Of a DNA stretch of 24,324 nt, positions 8,770 through 17,546 are shown one piece after another. The notes beneath the pieces were generated by a model. That model did no database searches. It was not told the DNA's origin and was given only the letters and a program-made list of their open reading frames with translations. Location: the UHGV virus genome UHGV-0175638; one strand, written 5' to 3'. The translations under genes were made by a program, and so were the position numbers. This stretch comes from a virus. Position 1 is the stretch's first letter. Each line of letters opens with the position of its first letter.

Positions 8770-9939
8770 GTGATGATAAGTTTAGAAAAATTTCAAATTT
8801 CCAATTTTTGGGGTTCGAAAAATATTACTTTAGATTTTCATAGTAAGTTTGTGATCCTAACAGGACACAATGGCTCAGGTAAATCTACCATCTTGGAGAT
8901 TCTACATGATTCATTTAGTCTTATGCATGACGGGGAAGTTCAAACTATTCATGAGTCTTGGGCTAGTGAGCTAAATTTTAGCGATGAAAGTTTAGCTAGG
9001 AGCTATTTTTTAGGTGACGATATTGAATTGCAGGATGCTTTAAAAAGAAGAATAGAAAACAGTGCAAAAAAAACTATTAAACTTGATATTTTTAACTCAT
9101 TTGATTTCATAAATAAAACAATAAATAATTACACAAAGAAAAAAAATAAAGATTTTTTAGTTAAGAAAGATTTCTCCTCATCATTAAAGAAAAAATCTTT
9201 TATGACTATGCAGTATCATCCAACAAAAGATGATATGAAATTTCCTAAAACTATTTTCTTTAAAGATAGCCGAGTCCTCTATAACACGGTTAGCGATGAA
9301 GTTAAAGAAGTTAACGACTTAGATATATTCAACGAAGCAGACAGCATTAACAAGACACTTTACTTACTAATGAGTTCTTTCATTATTGAGGAGTCTAAGA
9401 ATAAAAAGCTGAAGTTCAAAGATAAAAATGAATTAAAAAAGATGTTTATAAATGAATTAAAATCAGAACAAGCTTTTATGGGGGAGCTAAAAACGTCTGA
9501 TGAACAGTTAATGTCAAAGCTTGAAAGTTTGGTTGATAGAGTGTTTTTAAAAGAAATAAAAAATAATTCGTGGGGTGGGGGGCTTTTTTCAGCAATAAAT
9601 GAATTCCTAAAGAAAACAAAAAGAAGTGTGACTAGAGATGAAAAAGGTTTCATTGCTTTTAAACTTAACAATGGAAGTATTATAAAGTGGTATAATTTTT
9701 CAAGAGGTGAGAAAACTCTTCTTGTTCTTTTGTTAAGTGTTTTTTTGAATAAAGATAAAGATGTTATTTTTATTTTGGATGAACCAGATTTATCATTACA
9801 CATTGAGTGGCAGGAATTATTATTACCTAATTTGTCGCGTTTAGCTCCGGAGAGACAGTTTATATTATCTACACATTCCCCTGCTCTTGTAGGTAATATC
9901 GAAGAGCAATACTTAAATATTGCTGCTATTACGGAGTGA
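8770..9939 (+). CDS. ABC/SMC-like P-loop ATPase (389 aa), first gene of the AT-rich cargo cassette; candidate defence ATPase (AriA/OLD-ATPase-like)
   Basis: Walker A GHNGSGKST; signature-like FSRGEKTLL; Walker B VIFILDEPDLSLH; H-loop LSTHSP; long Lys/Asn-rich insert between Walker A and B; strongly AT-rich; ATG at 8773 preceded by AGGGAAG. Confidence 0.75.
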   Translation: MMISLEKFQISNFWGSKNITLDFHSKFVILTGHNGSGKSTILEILHDSFSLMHDGEVQTIHESWASELNFSDESLARSYFLGDDIELQDALKRRIENSAKKTIKLDIFNSFDFINKTINNYTKKKNKDFLVKKDFSSSLKKKSFMTMQYHPTKDDMKFPKTIFFKDSRVLYNTVSDEVKEVNDLDIFNEADSINKTLYLLMSSFIIEESKNKKLKFKDKNELKKMFINELKSEQAFMGELKTSDEQLMSKLESLVDRVFLKEIKNNSWGGGLFSAINEFLKKTKRSVTRDEKGFIAFKLNNGSIIKWYNFSRGEKTLLVLLLSVFLNKDKDVIFILDEPDLSLHIEWQELLLPNLSRLAPERQFILSTHSPALVGNIEEQYLNIAAITE

Positions 9940-9945
9940 GTTATT

Positions 9946-10983
9946 ATGGATGTTAATTCTCTCGGGTTCAAATCTCAGTCATCTTATTACAAAAAGTCAT
10001 CTATTTTTTTGGGTGAGAATCAACCAAGATGGGTTGCTGTCTGGGTCGAATCAGATGATGATAAAAAACTATGGTTTCCAGTGTTGAAGCATTCATATAA
10101 AAAAATAAACTTTAAATTTCATATTGCCTCCCTGCATAAGTTTAAAGATGGAAAGATATCTGATGGATGTTCAAGAATTTTTGCAAAAATTAAGAGCGGT
10201 GAAATTGAACTAGGAAGTTCCACAATTGCTTGCTTAGATAGCGATTACAGCTATATATCAGGTAACTATGCTTGCAAGCAAAAGGAATTATTGGAATCAC
10301 CTCATGTTTTTCAAACATATGTCCATTCTAAGGAGAATATATATGTTCACCCGATTGGAATTATTCAACTTTTTGAGCGTGCTTTAGGTGAAGACTTGGA
10401 GCAGTTAGGTATAAATGTAGAATGTTTTACTGAAAAATTATCCATCTCAATATATGAATATCTTGTAAAGTTGATATCGCTCTATCGCCTAAATGATCTA
10501 AAAGCATTCGATCTATATCATAAACAGTTCATGGATAATTTCAAAACAATTATGAATGAGATGAAATTACCAGAGGATCTCTCGTCTGATTATGAAAGCC
10601 TTTTGAAGGCGAAGCTTACTGATTTTGATACGGAACTTACACAGCATATAAAAAGCACTCATGGAATAAGTGTGATTGATGATACAAATCAAAGATTTAG
10701 AGAGATTGAAGTTAATCCGTCTGATTCATTGAACTTTATACGTGGCCATGATTTGTATCCTGTAATGATGAAAATATATAAGAGTATAGATCAGTATGTT
10801 TTCAAAGTTAAACGTGATCAATATAATCAAGAACACATATCTGATGAGATAAGGCAAAAGAAACAGAGGGAGATGGGTAATAAACGTGTGGATATTGAAG
10901 ACTTAATATGTACCCGGGGTGATGTTAAGGATAATCAATATTTCTCACGCACCATTAAGAAGCTTAATACATTGTTTGCATAG
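9946..10983 (+). CDS. Partner protein (345 aa) with Toprim-like acidic motifs (DUF4435/OLD-nuclease-like); candidate effector
   Basis: Starts 6 nt after the ATPase stop with GGAG upstream (operon); N-terminal VAVWVESDDDKK (Toprim-like E...D) and ACLDSDYSY (DxD-like); AT-rich. Fold assignment is inference from motifs only. Confidence 0.6.
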   Translation: MDVNSLGFKSQSSYYKKSSIFLGENQPRWVAVWVESDDDKKLWFPVLKHSYKKINFKFHIASLHKFKDGKISDGCSRIFAKIKSGEIELGSSTIACLDSDYSYISGNYACKQKELLESPHVFQTYVHSKENIYVHPIGIIQLFERALGEDLEQLGINVECFTEKLSISIYEYLVKLISLYRLNDLKAFDLYHKQFMDNFKTIMNEMKLPEDLSSDYESLLKAKLTDFDTELTQHIKSTHGISVIDDTNQRFREIEVNPSDSLNFIRGHDLYPVMMKIYKSIDQYVFKVKRDQYNQEHISDEIRQKKQREMGNKRVDIEDLICTRGDVKDNQYFSRTIKKLNTLFA

Positions 10984-10987
10984 GTTA

Positions 10988-11022
10988 AATGCATTGCCTG
11001 AAAATAGGCAGTGCATTTAATT
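10988..11022. terminator. Hairpin between the convergent cassette and portal gene (possible bidirectional terminator)
   Basis: AATGCATTGCCT-GAAAAT-AGGCAGTGCATT (11 of 12 bp paired) followed by TTAATT. Confidence 0.4.
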
Positions 11023-11067
11023 GGTATTGTGAATATTAACTGCACTCGTTGAATTTAATATTTATTG

Positions 11068-12096
11068 CTAGAGGTTGTATACATCAAATTTTATGATTTC
11101 TTCTCCATGCCAGTCATTTAACTCCATCATTCTTTTTTGTAGAGGAATAAGTTCATTTCTTACAAATACTTTACTAGCCTTCTCCACATCCCCAAAACCA
11201 CCAACATTACTTGGCATGATCCCCATCATCTGCGGCGGAACGCGGTGCGCTGCCATCATGTCATCCCGGCTCACGTTCTTGATGTTCAGAAACTCATCTT
11301 TTGCTGCGACTTCTGACAACGGGATGATTTGGATGCCGTCCTTCTTTCCGTTGGGGGAGTACATAAACAGGTTACGGAAGTTACCAGGACCTTTGGCGCT
11401 TTTCATCGCATTGCGGAGGTTGTTCACATCCTCCTGGTTCTGCGCTGCATCGGTCATGTACATGATGAAGCCTGCATGACTGCCGTTAATGTAATACTTG
11501 CGGCGGAACAGCGTGGCGGACTCGTTGAGCAGAGCTGACGGAATAGCAGAAAGATAACCGGGCAGGCCGTAGATCTCCTGGTTGATGTCCGGTTCCATCA
11601 GATGAAAAATGTTGCCTTTCGTGAACTGATACGGCTGCGTAGTCATGCCGTATTGCACAAACCAGTAGGTATCAAGGTCTAACCCGCGTCGGGTGTATTT
11701 TGCCAGTGCAGGCTCAAGGGCGATAACTTCACCGAAGCGGTTCGTGCGTTTCTCCAGGTAGGCGTTACCAAAAACCAGATAGTCCTGTACAAAACGCGAA
11801 AAAGCCTGCTGGCTGAGCAGCGGGTGAGGGATGTAGGTGCTGGTCAGAATGTTGCACTTCACTGCAATCGGTGAGCTGTGATGCACGGCGGCGCGGAAGG
11901 TTCGCGCCAGTCCGTCGAAACTCACAGGCGGCTCGTACCAACGATCCATCTGTACGCATTCCACATAGTCCAGCAGTTCGCGGCGGTCCAGAACAGGAAC
12001 GGGATCACCGAAGCTGAATGCTTCGGCTGAAGTCTGGCTTTTATGCTGGATCTGTTTTGTCGACGCAGCGCGGTTCTTCTTACTCTTTCCCATCAA
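11068..12096 (-). CDS. Q: Portal protein (P2 gpQ family)
   Basis: 342 aa; first late gene on the minus strand; start overlaps the terminase stop; size, position and sequence resemble P2 Q from memory. Confidence 0.85.
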   Translation of the reverse strand: MMGKSKKNRAASTKQIQHKSQTSAEAFSFGDPVPVLDRRELLDYVECVQMDRWYEPPVSFDGLARTFRAAVHHSSPIAVKCNILTSTYIPHPLLSQQAFSRFVQDYLVFGNAYLEKRTNRFGEVIALEPALAKYTRRGLDLDTYWFVQYGMTTQPYQFTKGNIFHLMEPDINQEIYGLPGYLSAIPSALLNESATLFRRKYYINGSHAGFIMYMTDAAQNQEDVNNLRNAMKSAKGPGNFRNLFMYSPNGKKDGIQIIPLSEVAAKDEFLNIKNVSRDDMMAAHRVPPQMMGIMPSNVGGFGDVEKASKVFVRNELIPLQKRMMELNDWHGEEIIKFDVYNL

Positions 12097-13859
12097 AAAA
12101 TCTCCACAATATTGCTGGTATTGGCGGACTCGCCCTGCAGCGGTTCGTTAAACAGTGCGTGCATTGTTGCCCAAGCCAGATCGGCATGGCTGGCTTCTTC
12201 GCTGCGGCTGGCTTCATAGGTCGGGCGGTTGCCACTGGCAGTGGTAGCGCGACGGATTGCCATAAATGACTGCGCAATGTCGGTGTGCCCGGCGTCAAAC
12301 TCCAGACGGCGGTAGCTGATAATGTCGTAGGCCTTGAGTACCAGGGCGTTTTTAACGTTGGGGTTATAGACAAACTCCCTGACGGCAGGAAAAAACGCTT
12401 TCACGTTCTCGTAAACCCCGTGACCGACGCCGGTCGAGTCGATACCGATATAGGTCACGTTATACTGTTCGGTCAGTTTTTTGATGGCGTCAGCCTGGGC
12501 GCGGAAGTCCATCCCGCGCCACTGGTGACGCTCAAGAATGCGGAACTTACCACCCGGCACGGCTGGCGGAGCCACCACCACGCATCCGGCACTGTCGCCG
12601 TTCTGCGTACCTTTTGCCGGGTCATAACCGATCCACACTTCGCGCCAGCCAAACGGGCGCAGGGCCAGTGCATGAAAGTCGGTCCAGACTTCCCAGCTGT
12701 CCACCATGCACGCCTGCAGTTCGCTGAGCGGGAACACGGACGCGAGATCGTCCACGAACTCGCACATCAGCAGGTTCTGGTATTCGTCCGGGCTGTACTC
12801 CATGCGCAGCTGGTCGAGGTCGAACAGGTTACAGCCGCCGCGCACCGCATCTTCCACGGTGACTATCTGGCGGTATTGCCCGTCTGCGCACAGCAGGCCG
12901 GGGGCCAGATTGCTGTGGGACAGGTCGATGTCCACCTTGTCAGCTTTGTTGCGTCCACGGTTGAACAGCGCACCGGACCAGAACGGATAAGCACTGTGGG
13001 TCAGGCTGGATGGCGTGGAAAAATAGGTCTGTCGCCATTTCTTGTGAATAGCCATACCGGAAGCCACTTTGCGCAACTCCTGGAATTTCGGTATCCAGAA
13101 ATATTCATCCAGATACAGGTTGCCGTGGTAACTCTGCGCCGTGCGGGCATTGGTGCCGAGGAAGTAAAGCGTGGCCCCGTTAGGAAGCACCATCGGATCG
13201 CCTTTCAGCTCCACCTCGACTTCTTTGGCGAAGTCGATGATGTACTGCTTAAAGACGTGAGCCTGTGCCTTACTGGCAGAAAGGAAAATCTGGTTACGTC
13301 CGGTAAGCAGGGCGTCAATCAGGGCTTCACGGGAAAAGTAAAAGGTCGCGCCGATCTGGCGTGACTTCAGCAGGTTGCGGATGCGGTTGGTTTTTCCGGC
13401 TTCCCACCAGTGGCGCTGGTAGTTGAACATGGAGGAATGGAAGATTTCTTCCAGTTTCTCTATCTGTTCATCGGTGAAAACATTCTTTTCCGGCTGACGG
13501 CGCGGGCCTTTGTTGCGGTTGGCGACGTTAGGGTTTAAGTCGGCTTCGTTGCCGCCATTGTTAAACTTGCCGATCCGCGCGTGGCGCTCAGACTGGCGCG
13601 CCAGCAGGTCAATCTCTTTGAAATCTTTCCCTTCTTTGTGCTCCTTCATGATGAGCTGGCAGTAGCGTGCGGCGGTGGTGAGCTGCATCTGATCCAGCGG
13701 CCCATAGTCACCCCACTTGTCGCGTTTTTTCCAGCTGTGAACGGTTGCAACTTTCTCGCCCAGCATTTCAGCAATGCGGGCTACGCGGTATCCCTGAAAG
13801 TACAGCAGCATGGCCTGCCGACGGGGATCGAGATCTGCGGGTGTCAGTGTGGTGTTCAT
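12093..13859 (-). CDS. P: Terminase large (ATPase) subunit (P2 gpP family)
   Basis: 588 aa; divergent from the capsid operon; size, position and sequence resemble P2 P from memory. Confidence 0.85.
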   Translation of the reverse strand: MNTTLTPADLDPRRQAMLLYFQGYRVARIAEMLGEKVATVHSWKKRDKWGDYGPLDQMQLTTAARYCQLIMKEHKEGKDFKEIDLLARQSERHARIGKFNNGGNEADLNPNVANRNKGPRRQPEKNVFTDEQIEKLEEIFHSSMFNYQRHWWEAGKTNRIRNLLKSRQIGATFYFSREALIDALLTGRNQIFLSASKAQAHVFKQYIIDFAKEVEVELKGDPMVLPNGATLYFLGTNARTAQSYHGNLYLDEYFWIPKFQELRKVASGMAIHKKWRQTYFSTPSSLTHSAYPFWSGALFNRGRNKADKVDIDLSHSNLAPGLLCADGQYRQIVTVEDAVRGGCNLFDLDQLRMEYSPDEYQNLLMCEFVDDLASVFPLSELQACMVDSWEVWTDFHALALRPFGWREVWIGYDPAKGTQNGDSAGCVVVAPPAVPGGKFRILERHQWRGMDFRAQADAIKKLTEQYNVTYIGIDSTGVGHGVYENVKAFFPAVREFVYNPNVKNALVLKAYDIISYRRLEFDAGHTDIAQSFMAIRRATTASGNRPTYEASRSEEASHADLAWATMHALFNEPLQGESANTSNIVEIF

Positions 13860-13905
13860 GGCACAAACCTACAGCCTTGAATGAAGGCTTTCCCCGCCTG
13901 CGGTT

Positions 13906-13923
13906 TGTGTGGTTGTCGGTACA
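13906..13923 (+). promoter_or_regulatory. Late-promoter activator site (TGT-N12-ACA dyad, Ogr/B-type) in the P/O divergent region
   Basis: TGTGTGGTTGTCGGTACA, centred about 87 nt upstream of the O ATG; a near-identical 18-mer occurs upstream of V. Confidence 0.55.
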
Positions 13924-14001
13924 AATACCGCGCATTGTTTCACTGCCCCCATCACCGCAACCATAAGGCTCCAGTAAGTTTTTTCTAACGGAGCACGGCT
14001 C

Positions 14002-14835
14002 ATGACAGTGAAAGCAAAGCGTTTTCGCATCGGGGTGGAAGGTGCCACTACCGACGGACGTGAAATCCAGCGTGAATGGCTGGAACAGATGGCAGCCAGC
14101 TACAACCCGGCGGTGTATACCGCGCTGATTAACCTTGAGCACATCAAGTCTTATCTGCCGGACAGCACCTTTAACCGCTACGGCAAGGTGACGGCGCTGT
14201 TTGCTGAAGAAATCACGGAAGGTCCGCTGGCAGGCAAGATGGCGCTGTATGCCGACGTTGAGCCAACGGAGTCCCTGGTGGAACTGGTGAAAAAAGGCCA
14301 GAAATTATTCACCTCTATGGAAGTCAGCCCGAAGTTCGCTGATACGGGCAAAGCCTACCTGGTCGGCCTGGCTGCCACTGATGACCCTGCCAGTCTGGGT
14401 ACGGAAATGCTGACATTCAGCGCCAGTGCAGCCCATAACCCGCTGGCAAACCGCAAGCAGAATCCCGCCAATCTTTTTACCGCTGCAGAGGAAACGGTGA
14501 TCGAACTGGAAGAAATCCAGGAGGACAAGCCGTCCCTGTTTGCCCGTGTCACGGCGCTGTTTACCAAAAAAGAGCAGTCCGATGACGCCCGGTTCTCTGA
14601 TGTGCATAAGGCCGTGGAGCTGGTCGCCACTGAGCAGCAGAACCTGAGCGCACGCACCGAAAAATCCCTGTCTGAGCAGGAAGAACGCCTGTCTGAGCTG
14701 GAGACTGCTCTGCAGGAGCAGCAAACCGCCTTTAACGAACTGGTGAATAAGCTGAGTCATGAAGACAGCCGCCAGGACTACCGCCAGCGTGCAACAGGCG
14801 GTAACGCCCCCGCTGACACTCTGACCAATTGCTGA
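14002..14835 (+). CDS. O: Capsid scaffolding protein (P2 gpO family)
   Basis: 277 aa; ATG at 14002 preceded by GGAG; acidic, coiled-coil-rich C-terminal half; first gene of the rightward capsid operon. Confidence 0.8.
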   Translation: MTVKAKRFRIGVEGATTDGREIQREWLEQMAASYNPAVYTALINLEHIKSYLPDSTFNRYGKVTALFAEEITEGPLAGKMALYADVEPTESLVELVKKGQKLFTSMEVSPKFADTGKAYLVGLAATDDPASLGTEMLTFSASAAHNPLANRKQNPANLFTAAEETVIELEEIQEDKPSLFARVTALFTKKEQSDDARFSDVHKAVELVATEQQNLSARTEKSLSEQEERLSELETALQEQQTAFNELVNKLSHEDSRQDYRQRATGGNAPADTLTNC

Positions 14836-14851
14836 TGGAGCACAAAACCTG

Positions 14852-15910
14852 ATGAAGAAGAATACCCGCTTTGCTTTTAACGCTTACCTGCAGCAACTGG
14901 CACGTCTGAACGGTGTGGCAGTTGAAGAACTGTCCAGCAAATTCACCGTAGAGCCGTCTGTACAGCAGACTCTGGAAGACCAGATCCAGCAGTCCGCCGC
15001 TTTCCTGACGCTGATTAACGTCACGCCAGTGACTGAGCAATCCGGTCAACTGCTGGGGTTGGGTGTTGGCAGCACCATTGCCGGAACCACTGATACCACC
15101 GCGAAAGAGCGTGAGCCTGTCGATCCGACGCTGATGGTCGATGTGGAATATAAATGCGAGCAGACCAACTTTGACACGGTGCTGACCTACGCGAAGCTGG
15201 ACCTGTGGGCGAAGTTTCAGGATTTCCAGGTGCGTATCCGTGACGCCATCGTGAAACGTCAGGCACTGGACCGCATCATGATCGGCTTTAACGGCGTGAA
15301 GCGTGCGAAAACCTCCAACCGTAGCGAAAACCCGCTGCTGCAGGATGTGAATAAAGGCTGGCTGCAGAAAATCCGTGAGGATGCACCGGATCACGTCATG
15401 GGCAGCACCACCACGGGCGGTGAAACCACACCGGGCGCGGTGAAAGTCGGGAAAGGGGGCGAATATGCCAACCTGGACGCCGTGGTGATGGATGCCGTTA
15501 ACGAGCTTATCGATGTGGTCTACCAGGACGATGACGATCTGGTGGTGATTTGCGGTCGTGAACTGCTGTCTGACAAGTATTTCCCGCTGGTCAACAAAGA
15601 GCAGGAAAACAGTGAAAAACTGGCTGCCGATATGATCATCAGCCAGAAACGCATGGGTGGCCTGCAGGCCGTGCGTGCGCCGTTCTTCCCGCCGAATGCG
15701 CTGCTGATCACCCGTCTGGATAACCTGTCCATCTACTGGCAGGAAGACACCCGCCGCCGTTCAGTTATCGACAACCCGAAACGTGACCGGATTGAAAACT
15801 TTGAATCCGTTAACGAAGCCTATGTGGTTGAGGACTACCGCTGCGCCGCACTGGTGGAAAACATCCAGATTGGCGATTTCAGCGCCGCTGCAGCAGAAGC
15901 CGGAGCGTAA
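14852..15910 (+). CDS. N: Major capsid protein (P2 gpN family)
   Basis: 352 aa, directly after the scaffold gene; resembles P2 N from memory. Confidence 0.85.
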   Translation: MKKNTRFAFNAYLQQLARLNGVAVEELSSKFTVEPSVQQTLEDQIQQSAAFLTLINVTPVTEQSGQLLGLGVGSTIAGTTDTTAKEREPVDPTLMVDVEYKCEQTNFDTVLTYAKLDLWAKFQDFQVRIRDAIVKRQALDRIMIGFNGVKRAKTSNRSENPLLQDVNKGWLQKIREDAPDHVMGSTTTGGETTPGAVKVGKGGEYANLDAVVMDAVNELIDVVYQDDDDLVVICGRELLSDKYFPLVNKEQENSEKLAADMIISQKRMGGLQAVRAPFFPPNALLITRLDNLSIYWQEDTRRRSVIDNPKRDRIENFESVNEAYVVEDYRCAALVENIQIGDFSAAAAEAGA

Positions 15911-15913
15911 CCC

Positions 15914-16564
15914 ATGAGCCTGAGTCCCGCACGGCAGCATCGCCTGCGCGTTCAGGCTGAACAGGCCGCCCGCGAGGGCGGCAGCGTTCGCCACGCGTCG
16001 GGCTATGACCTGATGCTGCTGCAACTGGCGGAAGACCGCCGCCGTCTCAAGGGCGTTCAGTCCACGGTGAAAAAAGCGGAAATCAAGGTGGAGCTGCTGC
16101 CGAAATATGCCGCCTGGGCGGAGGGCGTCCTGGCTGCCGGAGGCGCTCAACAGGATGACGTGCTGATGTACGTGATGCTGTGGCGCATTGATGCCGGAGA
16201 TTATGCCGGGGCGCTGGAGATCGGGCGTCATGCCCTGCGTCATGGCTGGGTGATGCCGCTGGGTAACCGCAACGTGCAGACCGTGCTGGCAGAGGAAATG
16301 GCAGATGCAGCGCAGAGCGCAATGCTTGCCGCCACCGGCTTTGATGCCGATCTGTTGCTGCAGACGCTGGAGCTGACAGACGGTCTGGATATGCCGGACC
16401 AGTCACGGGCGCGTCTGCATAAAGCGATTGGCGCTGTCCTGAGTGAAAGCAATCCGGCTTCCGCCCTTAATCATCTCAACCATGCGTTACAGCTCGATCC
16501 CCGCTGTGGCGTGAAAAAAGACAAACAGCAGCTGGAGCGCAGACTGCGCAATGACAGCCGCTGA
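15914..16564 (+). CDS. M: Terminase small/endonuclease subunit (P2 gpM family)
   Basis: 216 aa; position after N; resembles P2 M from memory. Confidence 0.8.
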   Translation: MSLSPARQHRLRVQAEQAAREGGSVRHASGYDLMLLQLAEDRRRLKGVQSTVKKAEIKVELLPKYAAWAEGVLAAGGAQQDDVLMYVMLWRIDAGDYAGALEIGRHALRHGWVMPLGNRNVQTVLAEEMADAAQSAMLAATGFDADLLLQTLELTDGLDMPDQSRARLHKAIGAVLSESNPASALNHLNHALQLDPRCGVKKDKQQLERRLRNDSR

Positions 16565-16659
16565 CAGAACGTGCCCCCGCGCACGGGCGGCACGAGGTGG
16601 CGAAAGGCACTGCCACATCAAAACCCCGTCCACCGCCCTTTATTTCAGGAGAAAGCAGC

Positions 16660-17124
16660 ATGAAGTTTGTTGCGCCAGAACAGGCACCGGAACAGGCGGA
16701 AATCATCAGAAATACGCCGTTCTGGCCTGATGTGGACCTGTCGGAGTTTCGCAGTGTCATGCGCACTGACGGCACGGTGACGCAGCCGCGTTTAAAGCAG
16801 GTTGCGCTGTCGGCAATTTCGGAGGTCAACGCAGAGCTGTATGAGTTTCGCAGACGCCAGCAGATGCTGGGGTATGCCTCGCTGGCAGAAGTCCCGGCGG
16901 AACAACTGGACGGCAAAAGCGAGCGCATTCAGCACTATTTCAACGCGGTTTACTGCTGGGCACGCGCCATGCTCAACGAACGTTACCAGGACTATGACGC
17001 CACGGCATCCGGTGCGAAGCGAGGCGAGGAACTGGCGGAAGCAAGCGGTAATTTATGGCGTGACGCCCGCTGGGCCATCAGCCGGGTGCAGGATGCGCCG
17101 CACTGCACAGTGGAGCTTATCTGA
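16660..17124 (+). CDS. L: Head completion/stabilisation protein (P2 gpL family)
   Basis: ATG at 16660 preceded by CAGGAG (track ORF starts earlier at 16597 without an RBS); position after M. Confidence 0.75.
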   Translation: MKFVAPEQAPEQAEIIRNTPFWPDVDLSEFRSVMRTDGTVTQPRLKQVALSAISEVNAELYEFRRRQQMLGYASLAEVPAEQLDGKSERIQHYFNAVYCWARAMLNERYQDYDATASGAKRGEELAEASGNLWRDARWAISRVQDAPHCTVELI

Positions 17125-17327
17125 TGAAAGTGCGTGCGCATCAGTATGACACGGTGGACGCACTTTGCTGGCGTCATTACGGGCGCACGCAGGGTGTCAC
17201 GGAGCAGGTACTGAAGGCAAATCCGGGGCTTGCCGAATACGGCCCCTTTTTACCTCACGGGCTGCAGGTGGAGCTGCCGGACATTCCGACAACCACCACC
17301 GTGCAGACCGTCCAGCTATGGGACTGA
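17124..17327 (+). CDS. X: Tail protein X (P2 gpX family)
   Basis: 67 aa; ATG overlaps the L stop; conserved position before the lysis cassette. Confidence 0.75.
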   Translation: MKVRAHQYDTVDALCWRHYGRTQGVTEQVLKANPGLAEYGPFLPHGLQVELPDIPTTTTVQTVQLWD

Positions 17328-17330
17328 ATT

Positions 17331-17546
17331 ATGACGCTTGAGCGAATCAGCGCCTTTATCACGTATTGCATCGCCGTCGTGCTGGCCTGGCTGGGCGATT
17401 TGTCCATCAAGGATGCCTCAACGCTGGGCGGCCTGATGATTGGTGTACTGATGCTGGCTATCAACTGGTACTACAAACACAAAGCCTACCAGCTTCTGCG
17501 CGACGGGCAGATCTCGCGGGAGGATTATGAATCCATCAATCGTTAA
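17331..17546 (+). CDS. Holin, two transmembrane segments (pinholin-like)
   Basis: 71 aa with two hydrophobic helices (ISAFITYCIAVVLAWL, LGGLMIGVLMLAINWYY) and a charged C-terminus; overlaps the endolysin start. Confidence 0.7.
   Translation: MTLERISAFITYCIAVVLAWLGDLSIKDASTLGGLMIGVLMLAINWYYKHKAYQLLRDGQISREDYESINR

Noticed and set aside
9360-9971. 203-aa minus-strand ORF inside the AT-rich ATPase gene
   Set aside because: Antisense to an ORF with clear Walker motifs; the translation is low-complexity (Ser/Phe/Ile/Lys-rich), as expected from the complement of an AT-rich gene.
12285-13364. Long plus-strand ORF (359 aa) inside the terminase large-subunit gene
   Set aside because: Lies entirely antisense to a well-supported conserved gene in GC-rich DNA, where stop-free shadow frames are expected; Gly/Val/Ala-rich low-complexity translation.
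14305-16452. Several minus-strand ORFs (e.g. 14732-15394, 15761-16243, 16083-16406) across the scaffold, capsid and terminase genes
   Set aside because: All are antisense to conserved structural genes, with Arg/Gln/Leu-rich translations typical of GC-rich shadow ORFs; no RBS context was found.
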